DNA of 64,000 nt from an uncultured delta proteobacterium (GCA_963696385.1 CAVOKF010000005.1:960001-1024000); one strand, 5' to 3'. Shown: positions 36,584 to 48,090, counted from the stretch's first letter. Notes: generated by a model not told the origin, from the sequence alone. Program-made: numbers and translations.

Positions 36584-37162
36584 GTGAGCGCGCGGGGATC
36601 GGATCCATACCGAGGGGTCGCGGGCTACCGAGCGCGAGATGTGGTGCGGGTTCCGGGTCTTCTGAGTTTGTGCCGAGCGCCTCTTGCCGCAGCATTCCCC
36701 TTCGTTTTTCGGAGCCCTGCTCACGCGATCGGGCTGCTCATCGCGGCGGGGCTGAGCGACGTCCTGGACGGCTGGTACGCGCGTCGCTTCCACCAGCAGA
36801 CGATCACCGGCGCGGCTCTCGATGGTGCGATGGACAAGCTATTTGCCCTGTCGGTGCTTGCCACATTGGTGCACAGCCGATCGCTGTCGCTGTTGCAAGC
36901 CCTCGTGTTGAGCACGCGCGAATTTGGCGAAGCGCTGATCCTGGGCTTGTCGTTGGTCTTTCGGACCCGGGCCGCCGATTCCGCCCGGTCGGCCAACGTC
37001 CTCGGCAAGCTCGCCACGGGACTTCAGTTTGCGACCGCCGTTTTCGTGATCCTGGGACAGGGTCCGCGAACCATCTGCCTCTACGCGACCGGGGTGTGCG
37101 GTGCCCTGGCCGCGATCGGATACGGCGTTCGCGAGTTCGGTCGCGCGCCCGAAAGCCCGTAG
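36584..37162 (+). CDS. CDP-alcohol phosphatidyltransferase family protein
   Basis: SDVLDGWYARR..GAALDGAMDK signature. Confidence 0.88.
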   Translation: MSARGSDPYRGVAGYRARDVVRVPGLLSLCRAPLAAAFPFVFRSPAHAIGLLIAAGLSDVLDGWYARRFHQQTITGAALDGAMDKLFALSVLATLVHSRSLSLLQALVLSTREFGEALILGLSLVFRTRAADSARSANVLGKLATGLQFATAVFVILGQGPRTICLYATGVCGALAAIGYGVREFGRAPESP

Positions 37163-37183
37163 CGTTCGACCCGATCCGCCCGT

Positions 37184-38002
37184 TTAGGCCCACTTGGAAG
37201 CCCAGCGGAGCTCCGAGGAGGTCCCCGGCGATGCAAGCTCCGCTTCGCCGAGGTCGACGCGAACGAGCTCCGTCGGAGACCGCAGCGTTGCGACATCCTC
37301 GATGGCTTGCATGAGGCGAACGTCGGTGGCTCGGACCACGTCCGCCTCCGCCGGATCGTGCTGGAGCACGACCGCGCCGACCACGGCGGGTGTGACGCCG
37401 AGCGCCAGGCTCTCGTAGATGGCGTGACCGAAGACCACGGCGTGGGCGTTGCCCGACGCGATGTGCGACCGGAGCGCTCCCTTGCCCTGCATCCGCAGGT
37501 GCCATCGGATCTGCTCGGGATGGCGCGCGAGCACGGCGACCCCCCCCTCGTCGAGCAGGGCGAGCGCGTCGAGCTCCCGGGATCGATGGGTAGGCAGAGT
37601 CCGATCGCCGGGTGCCATGCGGCCGGCGATCGCCCGATGCTGGCGGGCATGCAGCGCACGCTTCGCCCGCGGGAAGGTCCCCCAGACGAGCGCGTTCATG
37701 AGGTCGTGCCAACAATTCCGTCTCGTCGGGACCTCGCCGTCGAGCGTCACTCGCGCGTCGTAGAGCTTGCGCAAGTCGACGGCGTGCCCGCGTCGCCGCC
37801 GCGGTGCGGCAGGCACGAAGCGTACGGGGGCGTCCTGCTGGAACACGCGATTGAGCGCCTGGACGGTGGGAAAATCTTGGCTTCTTCCGAGAGCCGCGCC
37901 GGCGCGGCGCAGGGGCCAAAACAGCCCGTTGCCTTCGAGGAAGTCCGGATCGAACGGAGCGGCGCGGCGAACGGCGACGAGCGGCCTCACGGCGACGATC
38001 AT
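37184..38002 (-). CDS. DUF3025 domain protein
   Basis: GEVPTRRNCWHDLMNALVWGTFPRAK, LALLDEGG, VFGHAIYE. Confidence 0.85.
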   Translation of the reverse strand: MIVAVRPLVAVRRAAPFDPDFLEGNGLFWPLRRAGAALGRSQDFPTVQALNRVFQQDAPVRFVPAAPRRRRGHAVDLRKLYDARVTLDGEVPTRRNCWHDLMNALVWGTFPRAKRALHARQHRAIAGRMAPGDRTLPTHRSRELDALALLDEGGVAVLARHPEQIRWHLRMQGKGALRSHIASGNAHAVVFGHAIYESLALGVTPAVVGAVVLQHDPAEADVVRATDVRLMQAIEDVATLRSPTELVRVDLGEAELASPGTSSELRWASKWA

Positions 38003-38117
38003 GACCGAATGCTAGAGTGCCGTCGGCACAAAATCGCTCGGCCAGCCCGACCGACGTGCGCCCGCAGCAACGGTTTGTGCCGAGCCGCATCGAACCGACC
38101 CACGTTCGGAGCCTGAA

Positions 38118-39308
38118 ATGACCGTGCAAACGAGGCCGCTCTCCGCCGGATTGGACGCCGAAACGACCCGTCGTACAGCCTTCGCAAGAGCGCTGCCGCC
38201 GTTCATCGTCGTCGTGGTGCTGGGCAGTGCCCTTTTGGGTTGGCAGGCCTGGGAGCGGTCAAGGCCTTACGAGTGGAGCGGTACGGTCGAGGCTCGGACG
38301 ATTGCCGTCGGCTCCCGGGTCGGCGGGCGCATTTTGGCCGTACGCGCCAGGGAAGGCGACCGAGTGTCGGCGGGACAGCCTCTCGTCGAGTTCGAGCCGG
38401 GCGATGTCCCCGCTCAGCGGTTGATCGCGCAGGGCCAGCTCGACGAGGCCAAGGCGACGCTCGACAAGTTGAAGCGTGGGGCAAGGCCGGAAGAGATCGA
38501 GCAGGCCAAGGCGCGCGCGCAGACGGCAGGCGCGGCGTTCGAGGAGGCTCGTGTCGGGGCGCGGGCCGAGCAGATCGCCGCCGCGAAGGCGCGACTCGTC
38601 GCGGCCCAGGTGGCGGTCGACAAGGCCAAACTCGACGCGGATCGCGCGGAGAGGCTGTTGGCGACACAGGCGATTTCGCAGTCCCAGCTCGACGACGCAC
38701 ACACGACCCTCAAAGGGGCGCGCGCGCAACGCGACGCCGCGGCGCAGGAGCTCGAGGAGCTCCAGAACGGATCGCGCAGGGAAGACATTGCTCAAGCCGC
38801 CGCTCGTGCCGCCGAAGCTCGTGCCAATGCTCGTTTGGTCGAGGCCGGCTCGCGCGTCGAGGACATCGCCGCGGCGCAGGCTTCGGTTGAAGCCGCACAG
38901 GGCAGACTCGATCAAATGGAAGTGATGTTGAGCGAATTGGTCATCCGGTCACCTCGCTCGGCACGCGTCGAGTCGCTCGATCTGCGCCCTGGCGACATCG
39001 TGGCGCCCAACGCGACGGCCGCCTCGCTGATCGAGGACGATCAGCTTTACGTGCGGATTTACGTCCCCGAGACTCAGATCGGCCACATCCGCCCGGGACA
39101 GGAGGTGCCGATCAACGTGGATTCATTTCCCGATCGGAAATTTGCTGGTGTGGTCGAGCACATCAATTCGGTCGGAGAGTACTCGCCTCGCAACTTGCAG
39201 ACTGCGGACGAACGCGCGGATCAGGTGTTTGCCGTGCGGGTCGGAGTTCCCGGGGGCCCGGGTGATCTGCGTGCGGGCATGGCCGCTTTCATTCACGTTC
39301 CGAAGTGA
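38118..39308 (+). CDS. HlyD-family membrane fusion protein (YbhG-like)
   Basis: N-terminal TM, SGTVEA..GGRI..EGDRV, long coiled coil with GARPEEI repeats, [14 protein letters not shown]. Confidence 0.92.
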   Translation: MTVQTRPLSAGLDAETTRRTAFARALPPFIVVVVLGSALLGWQAWERSRPYEWSGTVEARTIAVGSRVGGRILAVRAREGDRVSAGQPLVEFEPGDVPAQRLIAQGQLDEAKATLDKLKRGARPEEIEQAKARAQTAGAAFEEARVGARAEQIAAAKARLVAAQVAVDKAKLDADRAERLLATQAISQSQLDDAHTTLKGARAQRDAAAQELEELQNGSRREDIAQAAARAAEARANARLVEAGSRVEDIAAAQASVEAAQGRLDQMEVMLSELVIRSPRSARVESLDLRPGDIVAPNATAASLIEDDQLYVRIYVPETQIGHIRPGQEVPINVDSFPDRKFAGVVEHINSVGEYSPRNLQTADERADQVFAVRVGVPGGPGDLRAGMAAFIHVPK

Positions 39309-40354
39309 CCTCGACGACGATGATCGCAAACGACGTTCACGCCGGTGCCGCGATCCTCACCCGCGCGTTGACGCGTCGATTTGGCGATTTCACCGCCCTC
39401 GACCAGGTGGATCTATCGGTTCGGACCGGGACGATTTACGGACTGCTCGGTCCCAACGGATCGGGTAAATCGACGCTCATTCGCATTCTCTGCGGACTTC
39501 TTGCTCCGAGCTCGGGTTCCGCGAGTGTGCTGGGTCTCGACGTGGCGACGCAGGGCGAAGCCATTCGTCGGTCGATTGGCTACATGAGCCAGAAGTTCGC
39601 TCTGTACGACGACCTGACCGTGCGCGAGAACTTGGACTTCTACGCGCGCGTGTATGGACTCACCGGGCCGAGGTTGCGCGCGCGCCGCGAGGCTGCGATC
39701 GAGCTTACCCACATCGGGCCCTACGTGTCGCGTCGCGCCGGCCTGCTCTCGGGTGGGTGGAAGCAGCGCCTGGCGTTGGGAGCGGCGCTTTTGCACGAGC
39801 CCCGGGTAGTATTTCTCGACGAGCCCACGGCAGGGATCGATCCGGTGGCGCGTCGCGAGCTCTGGGACCTGCTCTTCAAGTTGGCTGCCCAAGGGATCTC
39901 GCTTCTGGTCACGACCCATTACATGGACGAAGCCGAGCGCTGCGGCGAAGTCGGATACTTGTACCTGTCCCGAATGATCGCCACCGGCACGCCCGCGCAG
40001 CTCAAGGGATTGGCGTCCGTGAACGAGCCGGGAACGCGTCGGATCGAAATCGAGACGCACGCGGACCCGGCGCGTGCGCTGCTCTGGATGCACACGCAGA
40101 GCTATGTCGCGAGCGCAACTCTCTTCGGGCAATCTGTCCACGCCGTCATCGAGGCGCACGTGACCGACGAGCAGATCATCGATCGCGTCCGTCACGCCGG
40201 CTTCGATCTCGCGACCGTGCGCGAGGTGGAACCGTCGCTCGAGGACGTCTTCGTGGCTTTGACCGAACGAGCGGCGTCGGAGACCGATGCGAAGGCGAGG
40301 ATCCCGGCCGCAGCGCCGCCGGCCGCCAACCCCGGATCGGCATCGGTGGGCTGA
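39305..40354 (+). CDS. ABC transporter ATP-binding protein (YbhF-like)
   Basis: [41 protein letters not shown]. Confidence 0.95.
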   Translation: MTSTTMIANDVHAGAAILTRALTRRFGDFTALDQVDLSVRTGTIYGLLGPNGSGKSTLIRILCGLLAPSSGSASVLGLDVATQGEAIRRSIGYMSQKFALYDDLTVRENLDFYARVYGLTGPRLRARREAAIELTHIGPYVSRRAGLLSGGWKQRLALGAALLHEPRVVFLDEPTAGIDPVARRELWDLLFKLAAQGISLLVTTHYMDEAERCGEVGYLYLSRMIATGTPAQLKGLASVNEPGTRRIEIETHADPARALLWMHTQSYVASATLFGQSVHAVIEAHVTDEQIIDRVRHAGFDLATVREVEPSLEDVFVALTERAASETDAKARIPAAAPPAANPGSASVG

Positions 40355-40357
40355 GTC

Positions 40358-41491
40358 ATGAGGGCCGGTTTCATGAACTCGTTCGTCGCAATCTTCATGA
40401 AGGAGTTCGTGCATATGCGTCGTGACCGGGCGACGCTCGTCATCGCGCTGGCGATTCCGGTCTTTCAGTTGATTCTCTTCGGGTTCATCGACCAGACCGT
40501 CTCGAATCTGCCGACCGTCGTCGTCGATCAAGATGAGACTCATTATTCGCGCGAGCTCATGGACAAGCTCCGGGCGACGCACACGTTCGAAATCCGGCGC
40601 ATCACCCCCGATCCGCACGCCGCGCGCGAAGACATCGTGTCGGGCCGCGCGCGGGTCGGCATCATCATTCCGCCCGACTTCCACGACAAGCGTGCACGGG
40701 GCGAAGAGGCCAAGCTGCTCGTGCTCATCGACGGCGGCGACGCGAACGTCAGCGCCCAGGCACTCGCGTCGGTCAACGGAGTGGCTTCGGACGAGAACCT
40801 GCGTGCGGTGACCGACAAGATCCAAGTGGGTGTGACACCGACCGAGAATGCGCTCAGTGTCCAGCCCATCGTCTTATTCAACCCCGACGGGCGAACGGCC
40901 AACTTCATCATCCCGGGGCTCATCGCGATCCTGCTTCAGATTGTCGCGATCGTGCTGACAGCCATCTCGATCGTGCGGGAGCGCGAAAAGGGGACGCTCG
41001 AGCAGCTGCTGGTGACCCCCATCGACCCGCTCGGTCTGATGCTCGGAAAACTCGCCCCCTACCTGTTCGTGGGCCTCGTCGAAATGGCGCTGATTCTCGT
41101 CGCGATGCGCTTCGGTTTCGCCGTGCCGATTCGCGGCGATCTGACCTTTCTCTTCGTCATGGCGCTCATTTATTTGTTTGCGCTGCTGTCGATCGGGCTC
41201 GCCATCAGCACGCGAGCGCAGACGCAGGCCCAGGCCCAGCAGATGGCTCAAATGTTTCTTCTCCCGTCGATCTTCTTGTCCGGGTACATCTTCCCGACGC
41301 CTGGACTCCCGTTCGTCTTGAGGTGGATCGGCCGACTCCTGCCGGCCACCCACATGATTGAGATCGTGCGCGGCGTCGTGCTGCGTGGTGCGGGTCCCGC
41401 GCAGCTCTGGCCGAACGTCGCCGCGCTCGTCGTGATCAGTATCGCGATGGTCTCGCTCAGCGTTCGGAACTTCCGGAAGCGGGCTCTTTAA
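40358..41491 (+). CDS. ABC-2 type permease (YbhS/YbhR-like)
   Basis: KEF..RRD, VVVDQD, FNP, IVREREKGTLEQLLVTP, LSGYIFP. Confidence 0.93.
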   Translation: MRAGFMNSFVAIFMKEFVHMRRDRATLVIALAIPVFQLILFGFIDQTVSNLPTVVVDQDETHYSRELMDKLRATHTFEIRRITPDPHAAREDIVSGRARVGIIIPPDFHDKRARGEEAKLLVLIDGGDANVSAQALASVNGVASDENLRAVTDKIQVGVTPTENALSVQPIVLFNPDGRTANFIIPGLIAILLQIVAIVLTAISIVREREKGTLEQLLVTPIDPLGLMLGKLAPYLFVGLVEMALILVAMRFGFAVPIRGDLTFLFVMALIYLFALLSIGLAISTRAQTQAQAQQMAQMFLLPSIFLSGYIFPTPGLPFVLRWIGRLLPATHMIEIVRGVVLRGAGPAQLWPNVAALVVISIAMVSLSVRNFRKRAL

Positions 41492-41501
41492 TAATTCACC
41501 T

Positions 41502-41898
41502 GGATCACCCTGAGCGCTTCGCTCCGCCTCGACTCGCTTCGCTCGCTCGGCTCCGCTCCCGCCGACCTGGTGTTCGCGACACGTCGAGGGGAGCGAGTGC
41601 CGCTCCCCTCGAGCACCCCAGCAGGTCCAGCAGGAGCGCTGTGATGCGGGTCGGGATCACCCTGAGCGCTTCGCTCCGCCTCGACTCGCTTCGCTCGCTC
41701 GGCTCCGCTCCCGCCGACCTGGTGTTCGCGACACGTCGAGGGGAGCGAGTGCCGCTCCCCTCGAGCACCCCAGCAGGTCCAGCAGGAGCGCTGTGATGCG
41801 GGTCGGGATCACCCTGAGCGCTTCGCTCCGCCTCGACTCGCTTCGCTCGCTCGGCTCCACTCCCGCCGACCTGGTGTTCGCGACACGTCGAGGGGAGC
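41502..41898 (+). repeat. Tandem array (152-bp unit, ~2.6 copies) of the REP-like palindromic element
   Basis: Units start at 41502, 41654 and 41806; near-identical; between convergent genes. Confidence 0.95.
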
Positions 41899-41910
41899 TC
41901 GCTTCGCTCG

Positions 41911-42924
41911 TCACCGGCCGTGCTTCGACGGCGCCGAGGCGTGAGCTGGGGCGCGTGCTGGAGCCGGGGCGGGCGCGTGTCGGGCTTCGCCCGGGCGATT
42001 CTCTTGCCCGCGATTAGGGGGCGACTCGCCATGGGGTCGTTCCGTCTCACCATGGGCGGCGCGTTCCGTCTCGCCATGGGCGGCGCGTTCCGTCTCGCTA
42101 TGGACGCGATCCGGCGGCGCGCCCCGCTCACCGGCTCTCATTTCGGCGTGCGCCGGAGGACGCGCTCCATACCGCACAGCGACCGAAGGCCGTCCGAAGT
42201 CGCGCGCGTGAGCGAGCCCTGGCTCGTTGCCTGTGACGCGAACGACGCGTCCGGGTTCGATGCCGATGCGCGCCGGAGGCGGTCCGAAGAACCGGCCACC
42301 CACGCCGCGTCGCTCTTCGAACGGGTGCATGTGGACTGCGATCGCGTCGCGCTCCGGCCCCCGGACGAAGCGCTCGAACACATGGGGATGAAACAGATCG
42401 CCCGATCCGCAGTAGACGAAGCGCGGAGATACCCCAAAGCCGATTTCCACGGCCAGTCCGCCGCGCCAAACGAAAGCTGGCGGCGCGGGCGCCCACCCGA
42501 CGAACCCCACACCCGGCTCTCCCGCCCGCCAGGACACCCAGGCCGGGGCGTATTCGCGTCCTGGAATCCATGACCAGCCCAGGCCTACGGCATTGACCCA
42601 ACGCCCGTAATGGAACGGCGCCCATCCCCAATCGTAGTCGCTGACCCACGTGTAGTCGTCGCCATAGGCCCAATGGCCTGCGGAGCCGTAGGGAACGAAG
42701 TCGGTTCCGACCGTCTCGGGATTGGGCACCCACACGGTGCCGTAGGTCGTATCGTCGACCCAGCTCCCGTTTGGATCGAGGGCGGCATGGAAGTCGACGA
42801 GCGCGCTCGGATCCTTCTCTTCGTAGCGGTCGTCACCACTTGGATCTTGAGCGTTGGCGAGTCGTGGAAAAAAGACGACCGGAGCCGTCAGGGCCATCAG
42901 CAACCATCGAGGGCGAATGTTCAT
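41911..42924 (-). CDS. DUF6600-like Trp-rich secreted protein
   Basis: Signal peptide; L.P.G.W...YG.VW.P, PY..GHW, WVSDYDWGWAPFHYGRW, PAWVSW; low-complexity tail with ETERAAHG repeats. Confidence 0.75.
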   Translation of the reverse strand: MNIRPRWLLMALTAPVVFFPRLANAQDPSGDDRYEEKDPSALVDFHAALDPNGSWVDDTTYGTVWVPNPETVGTDFVPYGSAGHWAYGDDYTWVSDYDWGWAPFHYGRWVNAVGLGWSWIPGREYAPAWVSWRAGEPGVGFVGWAPAPPAFVWRGGLAVEIGFGVSPRFVYCGSGDLFHPHVFERFVRGPERDAIAVHMHPFEERRGVGGRFFGPPPARIGIEPGRVVRVTGNEPGLAHARDFGRPSVAVRYGARPPAHAEMRAGERGAPPDRVHSETERAAHGETERAAHGETERPHGESPPNRGQENRPGEARHAPAPAPARAPAHASAPSKHGR

Positions 42925-43040
42925 CGTCACCGGGTTGAAACGATAGCATCGTGTCTCCGTGGCCGTCGCGGCCAGCCTGTCGCCAGCTTCCGAGGGCGCC
43001 CCGAGCTCGGCCGCTTCGCGCGCGCGCTGCCGACGATCCT

Positions 43041-44342
43041 TTACATGCAGCACACTGAGTAGGCGTTCGTCGCCGTCACATTCCCGGTCGGCTGCGGCTG
43101 TTTCGTCACGGAACACGTGCCGGCCGTCAAGGTGAAGTTCGCCTCGGCAGAGCCTGGGGAGTTGCTGTAGCCTCCGCACGTCACCGTGCTGGCCAAAGCG
43201 GCGCCTGCGCACAGCGACCCGTTGTAGAGGCTGGCCCCCCCCGAACAGCTGCCGGCGGTGGGCGTGGGGCTGCATGTGCATGCCCCGCACCCGCGTCCGT
43301 CGGCGAAGCTCTTGTAGACGACGACGGGCTGGGCGCTCGCATTGTACGGAGCGGGGCATGCCGTCTGCACGCCCGGCTGATAGACGCACAGCTCGCTGCC
43401 AAACGGTGCGGTCGGCTTCGGAAGGCACTGGTTGGTGGGGTTCGTGCAGCCGCCGGGGACGTCGACTCGCCCGGCGTACGCGCAGATCCGAGCCGTGGTT
43501 TGCCAGCTCGGAGGCGCGCCGCTCGGCGTTACCGTCGGGGTGCACGTTCCGGCGGAAGCGACCGGTGCTGTCACCTTCCAAGCGCCGTCGACGCCGCCGC
43601 CGGTACACGTAAAGGCCGTGCAGGCGTTCGATGACAGGGTGACCGTCGCGCACAAATCGTAGCAAGCTTCATCCGTATAGATCGTGGCGGTGCCCGAACA
43701 TTTCTGCCCGGTCGCCGCGCACTGGCAGGGACACGTGTCCGGCGCGGCGATCAGCCCCCCGAAGGCGTCGACGGCGGTCGCGTATCCCGCCGGGCAGCTC
43801 GGCACCGAAGGGGCCGGATAGCCTCCGGTCCACAGCAGGACTGGACCGATCCACGTGTTGGGCACGGGCGGGGCACACTCGTAGGCGGCGCAGGCCGGCT
43901 GATCGGCGCAGTCGATGTGCCCATCGCATGCGTTGTCGATGCCGTCGGTGCAGTTCTCGGGGGTCGGCACGCAGACGCCCGAGTCCGGCGGTGGCCCGTT
44001 CGAGCCGTCCGAGCCGTCCGGAAGGGTCGGTCCGCCGCCGTCATCGATCAATCCGTCCGCCGCATCCGCGGACGTAGTCGCATCGCTGCCGTCACCGGTG
44101 TCGTCCAGCTCGGCAGCGTCGGCGTCGGCGGTGGCCCCATCGAGCGGTGGACTCGCCTCGAACGCGTCGATCGCTTGGGTCGCGTCCCCATCTGCGTCGG
44201 CCATCGCACTCGCATCTTCTGGTTCTGGACACGTCGAGGTCTCCACGCAATCCGGAGTACCGCACCCGTCGACGACGAGGGCCATGCCGCACACGACCCC
44301 CCCACCCGCGATACGCGCCAACATCCGCCGTGAAAATCCCAT
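43041..44342 (-). CDS. Cys-rich secreted/lipoprotein with a MopE-like ENCxDGIDNxCDG motif
   Basis: Lipobox-like VVDGC; DA-rich linker; ENCTDGIDNACDGHIDCAD; two Cys-rich modules. Confidence 0.7.
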   Translation of the reverse strand: MGFSRRMLARIAGGGVVCGMALVVDGCGTPDCVETSTCPEPEDASAMADADGDATQAIDAFEASPPLDGATADADAAELDDTGDGSDATTSADAADGLIDDGGGPTLPDGSDGSNGPPPDSGVCVPTPENCTDGIDNACDGHIDCADQPACAAYECAPPVPNTWIGPVLLWTGGYPAPSVPSCPAGYATAVDAFGGLIAAPDTCPCQCAATGQKCSGTATIYTDEACYDLCATVTLSSNACTAFTCTGGGVDGAWKVTAPVASAGTCTPTVTPSGAPPSWQTTARICAYAGRVDVPGGCTNPTNQCLPKPTAPFGSELCVYQPGVQTACPAPYNASAQPVVVYKSFADGRGCGACTCSPTPTAGSCSGGASLYNGSLCAGAALASTVTCGGYSNSPGSAEANFTLTAGTCSVTKQPQPTGNVTATNAYSVCCM

Positions 44343-44459
44343 AAGGCTCCGATACAGTCTGACCGCGCTAGATGGCTTCGGAGCAAATTTCGCGGCCGCT
44401 TGGTGTGGATACGCGCATGCGGTCGTCCTTGGGATAGTGTGGGAGTCTGGGGGCACTCG

Positions 44460-46415
44460 ATGACCCGACCGTTGCGTTTGCTTCTTATCGAAGATAGCCC
44501 AGATGATGCGGAGCTTCTTCTCCGTGAGCTCCGCAGCGCAGGATTCGACCCGCAGTCTCGAAGGGTCGCCACCCGCCACGATCTCGAGCGCGCTCTCGAC
44601 GTGGCGTGGGATGTCATTCTTTGCGATGATCGCTTGCCCGCGTTCGATGCGTCGGCCGTTCTCGCCATCGTTCGCGAGCGGCAAATCAGCACGCCCTGCA
44701 TCGTCGTCTCGGGGACGGCGAGCGAGGAGCATGCCGTGACGGCCATGCGCCACGGCGCGCAGGACTTCATTTCGAAGGACCGACTTGGCCGCCTGGTCCC
44801 CGCCATCGAGCGCGAGCTGCGCGATTCGGAGGTCCGAATCAAGCAAGCGATCACCGAAAGTACATTGCGCGCCACCGAGGCGAGCTTCCGGGGGGCGTTC
44901 GAGCTGATTCCGGACGGGGTGCTCGTGCACCGCGACGGCCATGTCGTTCATGCCAACGGTGCAGCGGTAACGCTTTTGGGAGCGGCCAGTGTCGACGATC
45001 TCGTAGGACGCTCGGTGCTCGACCTATTCGCCCCTTCCAATCGAGAGCTCGTTCGCATGCGGTTGGACGACGGCGACGCGCTCAAGGAGCGAACACCGCT
45101 CGTCGAGTTGTCGATGGTTCGGCTGGACGGGCGATCGGTCGACGTCGAGACGACGGCGATGCCCGTGCTCTTCGAGGGCGAGCCGGCGATCCTCGCGGTC
45201 GTCCGAGATGTGTCCGCCCGCCGGGAGCTCGTGGCGCGGACGATGCACATCGACCGCATGCTGGCGATCGGAACTCTGGCCGCCGGCGTGGGCCACGAGA
45301 TCAACAATCCGCTCGCATACATCATGGCCAACCTCGGGTACGCGGGCGAGGAGGTGGCCCGCGTGCGGCAGACGCTCGAGCCGCGGCGGGCAAGCAATCC
45401 CGCGATCGCGTCGCTCTTGAACGCCTTGTCGGAGGTCGTGCTCGTTCTCGGAGAGGCCGACGACGGCGCTCGACGCATCCGCGACATCACGCGCGACTTG
45501 AAGACTTACGCGCGCGCCGACGACGACGCGCCACAGCTCGTGGACGTGTGCGAAGCGGCGGATTCCGCACTGCGCATGGCCGCTCCCGAACTGCGCCAAC
45601 GAGCTCGTGTGACGCGCGAGTACGGCGAGGTTCCCCCGATCGTGTCGAGCCGTTCGCGGGTCGGCCAAGTGCTTCTCAACCTGATCGTCAACGCGGCCCA
45701 CGCGATCGGCGAGGGTCGACCGGAGGCGAATGAGATCTCGGTGCGAATCCGATCGGAGGGCCCCAGCGTCGTCATCGACGTGCGTGATACGGGCTGCGGC
45801 ATTGCCCCCCAGCATCTCGAGCGCCTATTCACACCATTTTTCACGACGAAGCCGATGGGGAAGGGGACTGGGCTCGGGTTGTCGATTTCGCGGCGCATCG
45901 TTCGGTCGCTCGGCGGCGACATCCACGTGCAAAGCGACTTGGGAAGAGGAACGACCATGAGCGTCGTCCTGCCGGCGGCGCCCGCGGCTTCGACCGTCGA
46001 GACGCCGACGCCGGCGCCGGTCGCGCGCCGGTGCCGGATCCTGTTCGTGGACGACGACCGCACGGTCGCGACGGCATTTCAGCGCGCTCTTTCACGAGAG
46101 CACGACGTGGTCGTGGTCGATAGCGCCGGCGAGGCGCTGAAGAGGTTGGGACTCGGCGAGGCGTACGATGTCATCTTCTGCGATTTGAACATGCCCACCA
46201 TGACGGGGGCCGACCTGTTCGAGGTCATCGAGCGCACCCTTCCGAAGCTCACGTCGCGCGTCGTCGTCATCACCGGAGGGGAGACGGACGCGCGGACGAG
46301 AACGTTCGTCGAAATGCGACGGGCCCCCATCCTGGAGAAGCCGCTCGACATGCGGCAAGTGCGCGCGCATCTAGCGAAAGTGGCGGCGGGGTTGGCCGCG
46401 ACTCAAGAGATATAG
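44460..46415 (+). CDS. Hybrid sensor histidine kinase (REC-PAS-HisKA-HATPase-REC)
   Basis: LLIEDSPDD, PAS (HANGAA..G..), HEINNPL, NLIVNA, DTGCG, GTGLGL, ILFVDDD..CDLNMP. Confidence 0.95.
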   Translation: MTRPLRLLLIEDSPDDAELLLRELRSAGFDPQSRRVATRHDLERALDVAWDVILCDDRLPAFDASAVLAIVRERQISTPCIVVSGTASEEHAVTAMRHGAQDFISKDRLGRLVPAIERELRDSEVRIKQAITESTLRATEASFRGAFELIPDGVLVHRDGHVVHANGAAVTLLGAASVDDLVGRSVLDLFAPSNRELVRMRLDDGDALKERTPLVELSMVRLDGRSVDVETTAMPVLFEGEPAILAVVRDVSARRELVARTMHIDRMLAIGTLAAGVGHEINNPLAYIMANLGYAGEEVARVRQTLEPRRASNPAIASLLNALSEVVLVLGEADDGARRIRDITRDLKTYARADDDAPQLVDVCEAADSALRMAAPELRQRARVTREYGEVPPIVSSRSRVGQVLLNLIVNAAHAIGEGRPEANEISVRIRSEGPSVVIDVRDTGCGIAPQHLERLFTPFFTTKPMGKGTGLGLSISRRIVRSLGGDIHVQSDLGRGTTMSVVLPAAPAASTVETPTPAPVARRCRILFVDDDRTVATAFQRALSREHDVVVVDSAGEALKRLGLGEAYDVIFCDLNMPTMTGADLFEVIERTLPKLTSRVVVITGGETDARTRTFVEMRRAPILEKPLDMRQVRAHLAKVAAGLAATQEI

Positions 46416-47425
46416 CGGGTGCGGCTGCGCATCAGAGCCACGAGCTCCTGCTTGGACGGGGCGGCATCTCCGAGCGGAACGACCCGGCGGGCAAGCTGGT
46501 CGTAGCGGCCGAGCATGAGCAGCAGCCACACGCCGAAAAAGTCGATTCCGGTGAACACCAGTGCCTCTTGGGCGGCGTAGGTCGCCACGTTTTGGCTGAA
46601 CTCTTGCGGCATCTCGGTCCAATGGCGTGTCTGCTTGAGGTGATGGCCGATATGGTATCCGTCGTTGAAGCAACGCCTGTTGTACGCGGAATTGACGCAC
46701 GTAATGCTGTTCCGATAGCAGTTTTCGGGAGCATCCGCGTCGATGAACGCGTGCTGCGCCCAGTTGCCCGCCATCATGGCGAAGCGCACGATGATGAGAG
46801 GCAGGACGAACACCACAAGGGTCGCACGCCAGTTGAAGTACAACAGTACCGAGACGGCCACCGCGAACCCCAGCTCGCCGCAGAGAGTGCGCACCATCAG
46901 CGCGCGCCGCTTCTTTCGCGCGAAGTAGCGCGTCAGCTCGAGTGTTCCGCCGAAGAAAAAGCGCAGGAAGTACCGCGCAAAGTCGATGGGGCTGTCGCGC
47001 TGATAGGACATCGTGGAGCTGATGTCGCCCTCGAGGTTGTTCTCGGGGTGGTGCATGCCCACGTGGTGCGCGAAATACGTCTCCGGCGACTCTCCGAAAA
47101 ACGGGCCGAGAACCGACGGCACATAGAGGTTCAGCCAAGCCCAGGGGCGCTTGAAAAGGCGGCGGTGGCTCGTGTTGTGAAGCATCAACACGAACGGACC
47201 CAGGAAATACACGACCAACGCGAGATGCACCGCAGCGAGCCAAAGGCGAAAGGCCCCCGGGACGAAGAGGACCACTCCGGTCGGAACCACGGTGACCGTG
47301 AGCAACGCCATGAGCTTCAGGAACGGCGTGTCGCGTCGATCGTGGATGAAGCGCTCCGCCATGCGATCGAAGCTGCGGGGCTTGTCGGGCTGCCGGTAGG
47401 TCGGGTCGTTCAGAACGAGATCCAT
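46403..47425 (-). CDS. Membrane fatty acid desaturase family protein
   Basis: His boxes HNTSH, HHVGMHH, QH, HIGHH; TM segments. Confidence 0.88.
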   Translation of the reverse strand: MDLVLNDPTYRQPDKPRSFDRMAERFIHDRRDTPFLKLMALLTVTVVPTGVVLFVPGAFRLWLAAVHLALVVYFLGPFVLMLHNTSHRRLFKRPWAWLNLYVPSVLGPFFGESPETYFAHHVGMHHPENNLEGDISSTMSYQRDSPIDFARYFLRFFFGGTLELTRYFARKKRRALMVRTLCGELGFAVAVSVLLYFNWRATLVVFVLPLIIVRFAMMAGNWAQHAFIDADAPENCYRNSITCVNSAYNRRCFNDGYHIGHHLKQTRHWTEMPQEFSQNVATYAAQEALVFTGIDFFGVWLLLMLGRYDQLARRVVPLGDAAPSKQELVALMRSRTRYIS

Positions 47426-47544
47426 GGCGCTCGGGGCTTTTACGCCCGAATGGGACCCTTCGTCGAGGGCGAGCTGAACCGCGCGCCGCGAGAGGCGCGC
47501 CGGGGCGCGCCTCCCCCCGGCTTTCCGTTCAAATGGGACCGGGA

Positions 47545-47817
47545 TCACGGGGCCCAGTTGAGGGCCGCTTCGGTCTCATGAATGGCTCGGTCGGTGGACT
47601 CGATGGCTCGCTCTCTCCATCCGCCGTGGTTGTGTTCGGCGTTTTCGAGATGGCCCCGCGCGCTGCGGAGATTTTCGAGCGCGGCCCGCATCCGTCGGAA
47701 GTCGCCTTCCACGGACTTTGGGTCTGAGTGGGAGTAGTTCGCAGATGCGGCCTGGTGGCCGACGACGAGTACCAACGCGGTGGTCGAGATAAGAGCCAGC
47801 GGTTTCCAGAATGTCAT
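47545..47817 (-). CDS. Small secreted helical protein
   Basis: Signal peptide ending AASA; MRAALENLRSARGHLENA..GG.RERAI..AI pattern; AGGAG RBS. Confidence 0.7.
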   Translation of the reverse strand: MTFWKPLALISTTALVLVVGHQAASANYSHSDPKSVEGDFRRMRAALENLRSARGHLENAEHNHGGWRERAIESTDRAIHETEAALNWAP

Positions 47818-48090
47818 AAAGAATCTCCTTATCGGTCGCGATTTGCCGTCGCCCGTCTCGCGGGCAGGGTGGGCCAAGTATCGCCAGAGCAAGTGACGGC
47901 GGGGAGACAAATCGAACCCGCAACGCCACGGAAGGGCGCGAAGGTGCCCGCCTTTCGTGACGGCGTCGCACATGCGCCGCCGTCGGACTCGGGCCGCCGT
48001 TGGAATCGCGATCGGACCCGGCGAGTCGCGATTCGGACCCACGCACTCGCGGTCGGCGCTCGCGCCGTGGCCGCTCACATCCCTGGAAAG

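Noticed and set aside
41502..41898. Possible CRISPR array
   Set aside because: Units are 152 bp and essentially identical end to end, with no unique spacers and no cas genes; it matches an interspersed repeat found elsewhere in the window
42925..44951. Long 5' extensions of ORFs 41911..43665 and 43041..44951
   Set aside because: They overlap neighbouring real genes; signal peptides begin at 42924 and 44342
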